DNA from: Paraspadella gotoi
Taxonomy: Eukaryota; Animalia; Chaetognatha
Assembly (NCBI GenBank): GCA_051294375.1
Contig: CM119264.1
Span: 12,712,263-12,776,262, forward strand
Direction of reading: 5' to 3'
DNA length: 64,000 nt
Numbering within the stretch: position 1 is the first letter of the stretch; each line of letters opens with the position of its first letter. The notes under the pieces were generated by a model. That model made no database searches and was not told the origin of the DNA. It saw nothing but the letters and a program-made list of their open reading frames with translations. This document shows positions 1 through 16,235 of the stretch, piece after piece. The translations under genes were made by a program, and so were the position numbers.

Positions 1-167
1 TGAAGACTGAAGAGACAGTTTAATAGTTATGAGTACTCAATATTAGCCGTCCCTAAGCTTCGGATCAGGCTGTACTCTGATGTTACAGGCGGGTTAAGCG
101 ACCCGTTACTCTTAACTGAAACCTGGAACTTTGGGTTGGGAGGCATGCTTCCTGCTCCAATGGCCGC
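1..167 (-). mobile_element. tRNA-derived SINE, copy 1 (degenerate, B-box region deleted)
   Basis: Aligns by eye along its length to 38389-38589 (shared GCTTCGGATCAGGCTGTA, GTTACAGGCGGGTTAAGCG, CTTTGGGTTGGGAGGC, CCAATGGCCGC). The 3' tail may run off the window edge. Confidence 0.75.
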
Positions 168-936
168 TTTCTCAAAAAAAGTTATGAGAAATACCATGAT
201 GGAAAAAAAAGTGTCGCGGTTACTTTCCAGTTATTTTTCGACATTTTAATGTAAGAATCAAAAATAACATTTAAATATAAAAAACTTTGGCTTTTTGTGA
301 TTCATATAAGCTGTATCTCATTTATGTATGACAAAAAATACAGGAGTTCTTTGTAAAAAAAAATGCGTTGTCCAAAAAACTGGTTTCTTTATTTTTATCT
401 TTTTTATATCTACACTTTTTATTTAAACTCAATTACTCATTTCCGGTTCTTTTTTATTACTTTTTGAGTTTAACCAATACTATTAAAAATCCCTGCCTTT
501 TCTTATTCTCATATCAAATAGTTATTGCATTATCTCCATTAGGATAGATTTAGGAATGAATCTTAATTCATATGTTAAAAAAAGAACAATATTAAAAATA
601 CATTGATGCTATAAATTTTGCAGAATATTATTTTTAAATTATAAAGTATCAATAAATGTTATAAGGTTCTGGGTAACCTTTCTATAAACAAAGTTATCAT
701 TTTTATTTACTTTTGGATATATTATCAGAATCAAGTATCAAACAACTCCAAAAATAAAAAAAATAAAGATTTTACTAAATGAAAGAATGAATTATTATAT
801 TACGCAGCAACAAATCAAGCCTGGTTTACTTAAAAGAGGATTAATATTTTTTCACTGTTTGCTAAGGACCATTTTTTACCCCAAATTTGATAAAAAATAT
901 CATATCAGAAATATAATTTTAACAATAATATATGTG

Positions 937-3368
937 TTTTATTCGTTTACAACAATTAGTTGAAACAGTACATTCAAAAGGGCATACAGCATTACAGATA
1001 AACGCATAAATTGTACAGTTTACAATTCAACAAAATATAAATATTTAAATTAACAGAACGAAGAAAAAAGAAAAAAAAAATCAACAATAAGCTGACAAGA
1101 TTTTTAGAATATTGTTTCTAGAGGAAAAAAGCTTGGATTCAAAGTTTTTTGATCTACAAGCAAAAATTTTATAGATATCATTATATCCAAATGAGGACCT
1201 TAATGATCGTACACTCTCCCATCTATTCCAACCAAAAATTTTTCTAATGCCATCATTTATTGCTACATTTACTTTGGTCATATCTTTTGCAAGATACTCT
1301 TTCACTTCACTTCCGTACGTAAGTATTGTGACACAATTGGTGTAGTACAAACGCATTAAAACTTCTTCTGAGGGTTTATATAAGGAATTAAGGAGACAAT
1401 TGCTAGAGCGGTAGAAAGAGGATAACTCAGATAATGGGTCAAAGACAAATGCTTTTTCATTACTAAGATTAAAACCGAGATATTTCCATCGGTCTACGAA
1501 TTCAATGATATTTCCTTTAATTAGTAAAGAATCTTTGTTGATACAATACTTTTGTTTGCCAAAATACATTGTTTTTGTTTTCTTAAAATTAAAACTAAAA
1601 GCATTGCTACTACTATAGTTAGCACATATATCAATCATTTTTTTCATACCAGAAATTGTTGGAGATAACAAAGCTATATCGTCAGCGTAAAAAATGCTAG
1701 CAGCAAATAAATGATCTATATGGCAACCAAAACCAGATTTTCGTAATTGAATTATCAAGTCATCAATATAAACTGCCCACAGATAGGGACTTAAAATACC
1801 ACCCTGACGAACCCCAGAAACAATAGAGAAATAATCTGAAAAGATGTCAGACCATCTACACCTACTGCGGAGATTAAGGTACCAGTAAGTAATAAGTCGT
1901 AAAAAACATAAGGGAAATTTTCTCTTTATGAGTTTTAGAAATAAACCATAATGGTTAACCTTGTCAAATCCTTTTGAGCAATCCATGAATGTAGCAAACA
2001 CCCAGAACCATTTTGCAAAAAATGATTAACACACGTCTTCATGACAAAAACAGCATGAGAAGTAGATTGATTTTTTTTGTAACCAAACTGAAGGTCATCA
2101 GACTCCAAATAGTGTCCGATTTTCATAAGTAGACATTGTTCAAACATTTGACTAAAAACAGAACTTAAAGTTATTCCTCTATAATTTTTAGCACTGTAAA
2201 TATCACCACTATAGTCTTTTACTATAGGAACAATAACTCCAGACAAAAAATCATTACCAACATAACCGTGCTGTATAAGACCATTAAATAAAATTTGGAG
2301 ATGTACAAACAATTGTGAAGGTGCATAAATTATATGCTCCGTCTTAACAAAATCTGCAGTACTTTTTCCAGCCTTTATTTTAGATGCTGCGTCTAAAATA
2401 TCATTCCAAGACAAATAGTAACCGTTAATAGAATCATTACAATGTTTGGATTCATAAGTTAAATACTCGTTCTTAAATGAATCTTTTAAATTTTCATTTA
2501 ATAATGGATCAAAATCATCATAAATACTTTTAAAGTGTGACGCAAAATGATCAACAATTTTAGACTTGTCAGTAATTGAATCAATGATATTAACATCAGA
2601 GTTCTTTCCTTGTATATTTTTCCACGTTTTCCAAAATCTTTGATCATTTTTCTCACACATAAATTGGGTTAATCTATTTGAAGGATCATAATTGAAAAGT
2701 TTTTTTGATTTTCGTAAACAATTTTTATATGAATAATGAGCCTTAACTTTGGCGTTATGTATAGGTCCAGAAAGAGGTTTACCGGATGCCTTCCATAATT
2801 TGAATGAGTCGATAGATAACTCTTTAAACCTCGTTAATTCATCATTCCAATAGTCTTTTTGAATTTTCGGATTACTACGTGGTAAACACAAATCTGCAAT
2901 TTTGATAGAAGCTATTATGTCTTCAAGATATCTCTCAAGGTCAAAAATATGTTCATTACAGTTACATATCTTCTCACCATGAACTATATTACTAAAAGGA
3001 ACATACATTTTTTCGAGTTCAACTTTCAGTTGATTTTGATAAGCAGAAATATTTTCATCTTTTAAACTAGACCAATTAATATAGGATTGACTATTGGTTG
3101 GTAAAAACGTACTGGGTATCAAATCTACATCAAGTAGTAATTGTACGGGACAGTGATCGGAAACATTATCTCCGTCATAAATTATCTCTACTTTACTAAT
3201 TCTATTAGTCAGAGAGCTACTCAAAAATATACAGTCAATAAGACTTCTAGATTTAACATTGTCACTTCTAGTCCAATAATTTTTTGGTTCAAAGTTATCA
3301 ATAAGATCAAAACAGGGTATTAAATTCCACGTACTAACTGAATTAATATGAGTAATTCTCTTAATCAA
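937..3368 (-). mobile_element. Non-LTR retrotransposon (LINE, RTE-X/CR1-like group), 5'-truncated ORF2 with one frameshift near 2002
   Basis: ORF 1935-3368 has the end of an APE endonuclease (SLIDCIF...SDHCPV) and early RT motifs (IVPIVK, NYRGITL, QFGYKK). ORF 1081-2001 continues with D-SKGFDKV, GVRQGGILSP, YADD and KYLG. One base is missing at GGT TCT GG GTG TTT. AATAAA on the minus strand lies near 937-942. Clade assignment is tentative. Confidence 0.93.
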
Positions 3369-3627
3369 AAAGAAGTGAAAACAGTTAGAAAACCTCTTTT
3401 GGAAGTATTTGAATGCATAGAATAATTTAATGCTATTGAAAAATAATTATTTTATTCAGTCTTAGGGAGGTTATATTACCTATTAAAACTTATTTATTAA
3501 CAAAAAATTATATTTGACAATAAAATTAACTGGCTTTTCCAAACCGCGACATTTTTTTTTCCATGGTATTTCAAAGAAAAAAGTGTAAGTTTGTATTTTC
3601 ATGCAGCAAATCATGAATATCTGTCAG

Positions 3628-4539
3628 GTTTTCTGCTCGGATCTGTCTTCGTCGCAGTAGCAGATCTATTCATGAAAAGACTGACAAAACGTAAGTTGGA
3701 AGGTGACGGCGGCGGCTGCTGCAACTTGGGATCCAACGCAACATCGCCGGAGTCCACTGAGGATGGAAGAGGGAATCCTGCCTACGTACAGACTGACGCA
3801 AATGAGGCACAATTGAAGGCGGCCAGAACCGATTCGAGGTGATGACTTCGATATTAGTCGAGAAATTAAAATTTTATATTACAATTTATTTAAAAAACCA
3901 GAACAAAGTTTTTTTTTATAAATACGTAAATGCTTTTTTAGTGTGGACGTGATTCAACAGATTGAGGTCAATGTGACTTCCAAAAACATCATTGCTAACT
4001 GGCGGCGAATACTTCTGCTTATCATAGCCATCACAGTCCACAATGTCCCAGAGGGACTGGCTGTGGGTGTCGCATTTGGCGCTGCACACCAGAATGTCAC
4101 AGAAGGCGCCACGTTTGAAAATGCCAGGGCTTTGGCTATCGGTATAGGTATACAGAACTTTCCCGAAGGGCTGGCGGTGAGCTTGCCTCTTAAGGCTTGC
4201 GGCTACTCCAATATCAAATCATTTTTGTGAGTATATAACAACGTATTTTGGACCAAAAAGGAAAATGATATATTTATCCTACATTCATAAAAACAATTCA
4301 GATACGGTCAGATGAGCGGAATGGTGGAGCCTATTTCGGGTATTTTGGGCGCCGTCGCCGTGATCGTGTTCGACCCATTGTTGCCTTATGCCCTGTCCTT
4401 CGCTGCCGGAGCAATGATTTACGTCGTCATCGATGACATCATTCCAGAAGCTCAGATGGAAGGAAACGGGAGATGGGCGTCGGCCGGTGCAACCGTGGGG
4501 TTCATCGTCATGATGTGTTTGGACGTTGGCTTAGGCTAA
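3628..4539 (+). CDS. SLC39A11: Zinc transporter ZIP11 (GufA-type), last three coding exons (3628-3838, 3942-4226, 4302-4539); 5' exons not seen in window
   Basis: [76 protein letters not shown] and C-terminal [13 protein letters not shown] introns keep the frame. Confidence 0.93.
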
Positions 4540-5185
4540 CAAGCGTGTATTTCGCGGTTGTTGGATAGCGCTTGCTTTTGCCAGGAGGCAGCATATAGTA
4601 TTTGTACATTCTTACTATTTACTAATTTAGCATACCTACTACCATACTTTTATTCTGTGACCTGGATTTTTAAGATATCGTTACCGTGCCCGTGTCCACT
4701 GTAAAACGCTTTCACAAATACATATATTTAAAAATTATGAGTGCAAAAAGAAAAAAAATAGAAATTTAAAAAAATTCCTCTGACTTTCATATCACCAAAA
4801 GCTGTCCTGAAACGAAAACCTTATTAATAATATCTCGGTCTACTTCGATTTTCAGCAAGAAACGGCCAAAACTCGGAGAAAGGAAGGGAAATATTTTGAT
4901 CTGTTAGGAACTTTGACTTGCTGTTGGGGTTGGTTACGTTGAATTTGCTAATGGCTGAGGACACTCAAAAAAATTACGTGATTTGTAATTCTTTTGCAAC
5001 AATTTTAATTCAAATTTGTAACCAGATATTAAATTTCTTTTGAGGACGGTACTCGTGGATCTTCTTGAATCAACGATTACGAAATAAATTTTAAACAAAC
5101 CTCAGCTTATGGAGGATTCAATTACGTATGTTGTCAAAGAGCTCGTGAGAATCTAACGGAACAAAATTACTAAAGAGAAAAGTAC

Positions 5186-6863
5186 CTTTTGTGTGATATT
5201 GAGCGAAATGGCGGCGATGGCACAAGTGTCTTGTCTAACGGCGACCCGTCCACCCCACGTGCGTAGCGGCTCGTACAAGATAAACAGTGTAGGCTCGTAA
5301 TATCCATAAAGAAATTGATAGTCGATAACGTTGACTATCTGTTCGTCCAACTCGCGAATGTCGATCACGTACGACTAAAATTTGGAGAGAAACGGCGAAA
5401 TGGGTAAAAGGTATAATTTTCGCTAAAAATAAATGAAATTTGAATTACATAAATACATATTAAAACCACATTGTTGTTAATTTTATCTACAAATTCAAGT
5501 TTAATAAAAATTTTCACTATTTGTACATTAAAAAATGTATTAGATACAAAACTTCTTTCTTCACATTTCATTTCCTTTTACAATCTCACTCACTCTATTC
5601 TTAATGAACATGCCCTCACCTATGATCACTATCCTTTCCTCAATTCTTTGTTGGCCACTTTAATCTGTCTATCTCTCTCTCTCTCTCTCTTCATATATTG
5701 CTTGACAAAAAAAAATTGTTAAATCAATTTTGCGCTGCTGAAGACTCGAAAAACAGAGTCGAAACTTGTTCAATAAAAATAAAAAAGTTGTTAGATCAAA
5801 TATAAACTCCTACTTTGAATATATTAAAACCCATAAAAAATCCCAAATCCGTGCTGGTTGAAAGTACGCAAAAATTGAATCTCTGCCTAAAAGAAATTAA
5901 CGATGAAAAAATAAGCACCTGAACGGAGCTTCCGATTCGTTCTGAGCTTATATCGTCGTGTCCAGGTTCCAATCCAGGTAAGGAGAGGCCGGAACCAGAG
6001 GCGGAGGCAGCCTCAAAGATGCTCGAGTCTGCATCAGCTCCCAAATCTAAATAGAAAGAAAAAGGAAGAAAAAAAGGGAAGAAAGAAACAACAATAAAAG
6101 AAATAGAGAAATAAAGAAAGAATGCGATTAATTTCGAAAGTAGGATTCTAACCGTCTTTTCTGAAAGGTAGGACGACCAATTTAGTTCCGAAACAGAGCA
6201 TTGCGGCGCAACGATCCTGAGGGTCAACGCGAACAACGGGCAAATCGGAAGCGAAGTCTGTACGGCCTCCTGCGCGGGGTTTTCAATTTCAATTTTTTTC
6301 AATCAGCACAGACCAGAAACTAGAAAACTAACCCTTAAGCTCTTCTTCTTCAAAACAATGGAGAGACACCGTCTTAAGGTCGTGGGTGGAAGGGTCATAC
6401 TCTACAACGGAGAGCTTGGCATCCCTGAATGAAAGGAGTAGCAGGTCGCGTGGATATCCTGCCGCTCTCACAGTCTTCATAGAAACTACGTTTCCGAAAA
6501 GGGAGAAAGACGCGGCACATTCCAGTTTTCGTTTGCCTTCGCGGTTTTGCTGAAAAAGGTACAATCTTACTAAGCAAAAGGAAAACATATCTAGCATCAT
6601 TACCATTATCGACGAATCATTAATAACACCTGTAACACCGCAGATGCGGACGATGCCTTCAAGCTACTACTTCCAGCTCCGTCCGCTGATCCCGCAGAAT
6701 ATGATGCAGACGACGATCCATCGTCAATAGAAATCAAATTAAAGACCTGAAGCTGGGTCCTCGCAGCCACCACCAAACTCTTCTGTCGCAGGTTGAAAAA
6801 GTGACAAAATTCGCAGAGCTCGATGCCCGTCGGCGGATGAACTTGCTTCAAGTAAGCATACAT
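5186..6863 (-). CDS. CPSF1: Cleavage and polyadenylation specificity factor subunit 1 (CPSF160), N-terminal five exons only
   Basis: [15 protein letters not shown]; [11 protein letters not shown]...[39 protein letters not shown]; [15 protein letters not shown]...[10 protein letters not shown]; [11 protein letters not shown]...[44 protein letters not shown]. The last exon ends at a GT donor at 5185 and I found no further exon. Confidence 0.9.
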
Positions 6864-7424
6864 TTTCCCTAGTTTTTCTAAGGTTTTTTAACCACGATCA
6901 GTCACTGCTCAACATTCGGAAAAGCTTTTTGACGTGTCTATAAGACAATACAATCTAGAAAGCAAGAGGAGCAAGTACCAAAACAAGGTTATCAAAAGTG
7001 AGGAGGCAAATTTGTTAAATATTAATTTTAACTATTTCATTAAATAGCTAGGTAATAGGGAGTGGGCGTGTAGATGTTACACCAAATCATAAAATTTTTG
7101 ATGAATACTATAAAAACGTAACAACTATACAATATAAAGTAAAAAACAACATAACATTCTTTTTTAAATCATATATTAAGCACGTTATATAAGCTGGATA
7201 ATTAGAAATAACCAAATTCGATAAAATTAAACAGCAAAATTTATTTCTAATATCCTTCCCTTTATCAAACAAACGACTAAGGCAGCGGAAAATGAAGCGA
7301 CAAATGGAGAAAATTTAGTTTCGACCTTAAAGTGATTTCGTGACTACAACGACAATGAAAAACTAACACCATTGAAAATCTAGCATAGGAGAGAGAGAAA
7401 ATTGAGACTCCCTTTCACAAAGCT

Positions 7425-8602
7425 TCAATAGATGACTCCTCCAGCAGCAGCCGTGTCACTTCCGCCGGAGGCGACGCTGACTCGATCCTCTTCGTTGAGT
7501 CGTCGTCCGACGCCGACGAAAGATGAGAAGGCACCGTCGGCGCCATCGAGAGGAATATTTCCGTCCTCTAGCTCCTAAAATCAGTAAGAAAGACTCTGGA
7601 ATAAATTCGCTTTTTTTGGGGGGGGGGTTGGCATTAATTTTAAAGTTTCAAATTTAAAAGCGGAACCTTCAACTTTCGGTTCATGTCGTCCAACTCCTCG
7701 ACTTTCCCTTTCACGGTTGCCTCTTTGTGACTGACGAGACGACGATAAAATTCGAAAGCGAAGATGGCAAAGACGAAAACGAGGGGGATGAGAATGACGG
7801 TGGCCGCGATGGCGGAAGTGGGCGTGTGAAAGAACTTTATCCAACACAACAGACCAATCTCCACCTGAATGCCAAGTTACATAATGAGGACTATTGGGGT
7901 TAATAGTTAGCGCGCTTGTACACAACAGGAAACTGAACCCACAAACCAATATATTTTTTTTTTTTAAAAACTGCCAGGACGAAACTCACCAAGAACAGAA
8001 TTATCCCAAACCCAGTGGAGCAAATCCAAGCCGTCTCGATGTACCAGTGAAACATGTCATGGGGAGAATCAGAGATGTCAACACCAAAACCTGAGATTTA
8101 TTCAAAAGAATTCAAACCGTTAAACTTATACGTATATTTTGAATCGCGTTGATAGGTGGGCAAATCAATATTTAGTTTACGTACCCGAAACGGAAGTAAC
8201 CGCTTCCAAATTAGGCAAGATGCACGTGGAAATGAGAAGGGCGAAGGTATGAGTGGCGATGAGTAGCGTTGTCACGATAGAAAAGGAGACGAGAAGGGCG
8301 TCATAGGAGGATTTATTGCTGCAGTCGGGGGAAGAGAAGATGGTTTGGTTTCCCAGTGAGCGAAGCGATTGGGCGCAGTCAGAGTAGCGATCGCTCAATT
8401 GAATCTCAACCATGGCAACCATGGCGAATCCCGAGAGAAGGGCCGATGTGCGCGACGTCGCCTTCAGCTTGGCGCGGCTGAGTAGCAACCGCCGCCAAGA
8501 GAGGACGACGTCGTTACGTTGTCTGGCTCGGGATGAAGAGGAATCGCCGCCGGCGCTACCGAAGCCGCGGTGTCGCTCCTGGTGCAAATCGCGGTTGGGC
8601 AT
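7425..8602 (-). CDS. ORAI: Orai / CRAC calcium channel, 4 exons
   Basis: [33 protein letters not shown] (TM1 with selectivity Glu); [25 protein letters not shown]; [27 protein letters not shown]; [11 protein letters not shown]; TM4 followed by FYRRLVSHK. Last exon ends ...GGVIY TGA at 7425. Confidence 0.93.
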
Positions 8603-9475
8603 GGTAATTACAACTGATTGATTAGTAAATGCTGAGCCGAAAAAATGTTTCGGTTAACATTTAACCAAAAAATTTGATCCCAAATCCATCCGATTATTTT
8701 AGTATTTTATGAGCTTTTGCAGTCTTCATCATAAGCTTCGTGACAAACTATTTTTATCTATGAAAAACGAAATGCACGTTTACCAAATAATTCCAAGTGG
8801 TAAAATTAATTCAAGACTAACTAAAAAGTTAGAAACAATTTCGAATGTATTACGTAAAAAATGTTCGATAGCCACTTTTCAAAATAAATTATTTTTATTT
8901 TTTGGTCCGAAACTTGTGATCAGCAAATAAATCGTACCAGAGCGTTTCATATTTTAGGTCGTCAGTAACGACTAAACAAGCTTGAAACCAAGCATTCACG
9001 AATTCCTCCAAGGTTATGACTGATGGTGAGAGGAATTGACAGAGTAGACTGACGAGCACTTTGTATTAATATATTTATTAATGTACGAACATGGTATAAT
9101 CCTCGAGAAGATGCACGGTATACCTTTTAGTCATCTTGAATTGTAAATCAACAAGTATGGTAAAGACAGAATACGCTATAAAATTTAATAAATAGCAGTC
9201 GTTTTTCAACCTAAAGTTACGTACTTATTTCAGAAAGAAATAATAAGAAACACACACCGTTATTGAAAATTGAAACAAATTTAAGAAAAATAGTTTCACG
9301 TCGCAACTACAGCTACTTCAATTTTGTGCTATAACTAAGCCTCTCCTACATATTCCAGTCAAAATACACCAAGAGATCGCATAGCTTCGCTTTCAGGTGA
9401 GTCCTATATATGGCGGGGCTCACGAGCGCAAGAGTGACTTTTTTAATGCTCTGCTATTTTCGACTTTGTTGATTA

Positions 9476-12603
<3,128 letters not shown>

Positions 12604-12921
12604 GGCGTTAACATCGCTCTTCGACGGGGTAGAGGAGAGCTGAATAAAAATCAACAGCTTGCTTAGTATATTTCCGGGAAAAACAGCGATCATAAAAGAA
12701 AATATAGAAGGGCTAAGAATAATATTAAATTACTAACACTATTGAAAAAGAATAAAAAAGATTAATTCAGAAAACTGAATCCGGAGGGAAGACGAAGGCG
12801 AAGTTTCGGCGCTGCGAAGCACACGATTTTATTCGCCACTGCATCCTGCGGACGCTGCTGCTGATTATAAATGCTGCGCCTGCGGCCGACGGCGGAGGAT
12901 AACTCGGAAATTCTTTGACGA

Positions 12922-12935
12922 GTTGCTATGGTAAT
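12922..12935 (+). promoter_or_regulatory. RFX X-box (GTTGCTATGGTAAT) in the muskelin/FAM161 divergent promoter
   Basis: Close match to the X-box consensus GTNRCC-N(0-3)-RGYAAC. It lies just before a GTGAGT donor (about 12958) of a likely FAM161 5' UTR exon, and FAM161 is a ciliary gene family. Confidence 0.6.
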
Positions 12936-13262
12936 GTAGAAATAGATTCTAAATTCAGTGAGTTAATTTTTAAATGTTCTGTTGTTCATTTCTTTACACA
13001 GGCACTCTAAAAAAATAAATTAATTAATATAAATAAAGAAAAAACGCTGTTTTTGTTGTTTTTATCTCTGTTTTTAAGATCTTTCTTTTATACCACCTCT
13101 TCATGGCATCGTGAAAAAGCTAGTGCAGCCTTACCAATTACAAGATGTTGATCGTTTCAAATTTCTTTTATCATTAGCGTCACAGAACGAGAAAATCCTC
13201 CAGGAAACATTTTAAAATATCTAAATATTTATTTTTTTCATTTTCAATAAGATCCCTTTATC

Positions 13263-16194
13263 ATGAGCTTCCGAAACGGGCATGTTCCCGCCAACCACGG
13301 AAATTCCACGATGGCGGCCTCTTGCGTCGCCACTCCCCTTCATCCCAAAACACGACTTCCAGCCACTGCCGACGAGCGAGGGCCAACAACAAACCTGAAC
13401 GCCAAAGGGTCCCCGGAAAAAGAATGGCCCGACTGGGCGTGGTCTCTTAAGATCAAAGGATACTTATCGAAAGAAAATCCTCACAGGCTAAAGGTTTTTT
13501 AGTAGATCTTTAATTCTTTATACATACTATTCAATATCTTTATCTCTTTCTCAGACCGAAGACAAACCCACGGAAAATTCGGATTTTCAAGAGAAAATTC
13601 ATCTCATATCCCAGTTGTCTCAGCATTTGGAGGGTTAGTTTCGGGCTTCAAATGCTATTACCGAATTTTCTTCAAATGCTATTACCGAATTTTCTTTCTT
13701 TTCACGTGATCTTATCCCATGTATGATCTAATAATCTAATCAAGTGTATGAAACATATGCGCAAAAAGGGTCTCATGGGAAAATCAATCGCGTTTAAGCA
13801 AAAACGTTTCAATGGGTCACTTGTTTTCAGATGATATCCCAAACATAAGCGAAAGAGAGTTCTATGACCGAATTCATACTCTAAAAAACGAGAACGCAAA
13901 GTTATTGAGGCAACTAGATACAGCATGGAAAAACAATTCACAAGTAATAAGAATTAAACGATTGATTTAATAATTAATTAATTGATCGATTTAAAAATTC
14001 TCAATGGTCGCCAATATTTAATAATTCATATTTAAGATGGTCGACGAAGGTTACGACGAGGAGATCCTCGGACCCAAGCACGATCGCTTATCGACCAAAT
14101 TAAATTCGTAAGTTCCCCTCAGCCTAATAAACTCGAAAAACTGTTTTTGGCTAAGTTTAACCAGAACTTTTAATAGAAGTAAAGATGGTGGAAATTACGA
14201 AAAATAACAAAATAACAAATTTTATTCAGGTTAAATTAGCAATGAATTTTTTTTTTTAGTCCACCTATCCGAACTACCCCTCCTGATGCTGATAAAGAGT
14301 TGACAAACTCCGAGAAAGCACTTCTTAAATCCATATTAAGAAATCAAATTAGAGAGAGGTCAGTTCTTTTTTGGATTCTGCAACTTAATTGATATCCTCA
14401 ACTAATAACAATTTACTTTTTCAAGAGACGGTCCGGAAAAATACACGGCTTTCGCAAGATATTCTACTCAAGGGGGAGGGCGTTGGCGGAACTTCGACCC
14501 CGAGGAGTTTGTGAAAAGGTAAAAACGGTTGTGAGATGTCTCGAAAGTTAGTCGCCATTTTAAAGATTTTTGACGCTATTCTCGTCATAAATATCTTAAT
14601 TTGCTGATCACAGTCGATCGATTATAAACGAAGAGTCTTCTCCTGATGTTGCATTCAAATCTCTGGACGAAACTCGTATCCAGGATTGGCGAAGATTTGA
14701 TCCCGCTGACTTTGTCGATGAAAGGTTCTGCACTATCTTAACTCATCCTACGATGTTACGATCTAATCTAAGATCTTAGCCACAAAGGAGATTTTAGCTG
14801 AAATTGACAACATCTTTGGTAGATCTCGGCTGGAAGAATGGAGAAATTTTAGCGTATCGAGACCTCGGCATCGACCATCGTCGGCGCCGTCATCCAGAGG
14901 AGCCAACGTCGTCGACATTAAGAAACAAAATAAACGTGACAGGAGGAGAACGTGGAACCCTAAGATAACTGTTCCGGAGCCGTTTGGGTAGGAAAAAAAA
15001 GAGAGTTTTAAAAAGATAAGGACTGCAAAAAACTTATGAGGCGATTTTCTTTCTTTTAGCATCACATTGCGTGACGAGGCGTCGCGAGAGGAAAGGGAAG
15101 AAGCAAAGCAAAAAATCAAGCAGGAAGTGGAAAGAAGAAAACAGGAGGAGGAGCAGGGTATGGTAAAAAAGAAAAAAAAACATTTTGTTTTGTTTTTTAA
15201 TTTATTATAAACTTAAAACATTTTCTCTTTTTAAAGAGTGCTTGAAACAATTCCGCGCTCAGCCACCACCGCTTCACATCTACGCGCCTTTATTGCGAGA
15301 AATCGAAGAAAAAAAAGAAACTGAACGTAGAGCAAGACTGATACAACAGGTTAAGATTAAAAAAACATACGCAGAAAATTTTTAAATGTTTTTAAACAAC
15401 GAATTTTATTTCACAAAACTTACATCAGGGATTTGACAATTTGTTTTCTCAATGATGAAGACTCGAATCCAGACGTTTTGTGAAATATAAATCGTTGTTT
15501 AAAAACATTTCAAAATTTTCTGCTTATCTCAAACACAACGAAAGAAACCATGACTAAAAAAACATACATACCATCAACGATAACAATAACAACGACTTAA
15601 CGACAACAACAACAACGATCAACAGCTCACGCGCAACAATCGAGTCGCTGAGGAGGAGGAGATGCACATAAATAAATGTAAAATTAAAAACATTCAAAGT
15701 TCTCATTTTTGGCTGTCAAGATCGCCCTCGAAGCAGAGAAGTCTCGCCCATTTGAATTCACGAGGAGAGAGGAAGAGGAAGAGGAAAGGAGGAGTCGAGA
15801 GTTGACGGAGGAACGAATCGAGTTAACGGAGGAAGGGTGGAAGAAACAAAGCAACGATCCAAATATAGTAAGGGATTATATCAAGATAAATAATTAATTA
15901 TACTTTTGCTCTTATAATTAAAATAGTATCAATTAAATACGATTGCGTTACTTATCGGCACTGGCTATGAATGACATTGCCCAAAACATTGGATGATCAT
16001 AGTTTAATCGTACTGCAGCGATCGAATCCCCTTATCTGAATAGATCCACGCGAAACCGCTCCCGAAGAACATTTACAATCCTTCGAAGGACATGAAAGAG
16101 ATTTTTAGAGAGAATCAAGAGTGGAGAAAGATTCAAAAGTCGATGCGAGCTCAGAGATTGCTCAAGGAGTCGCGGTCACCTTGACGAATTCGGT

Positions 16195-16235
<41 letters not shown>

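Noticed and set aside
13646-13697. Short tandem duplications (also near 16824-16864 and 52357-52435)
   Set aside because: Two-copy local slippage duplications in non-coding DNA with no spacer structure; not CRISPR-like.
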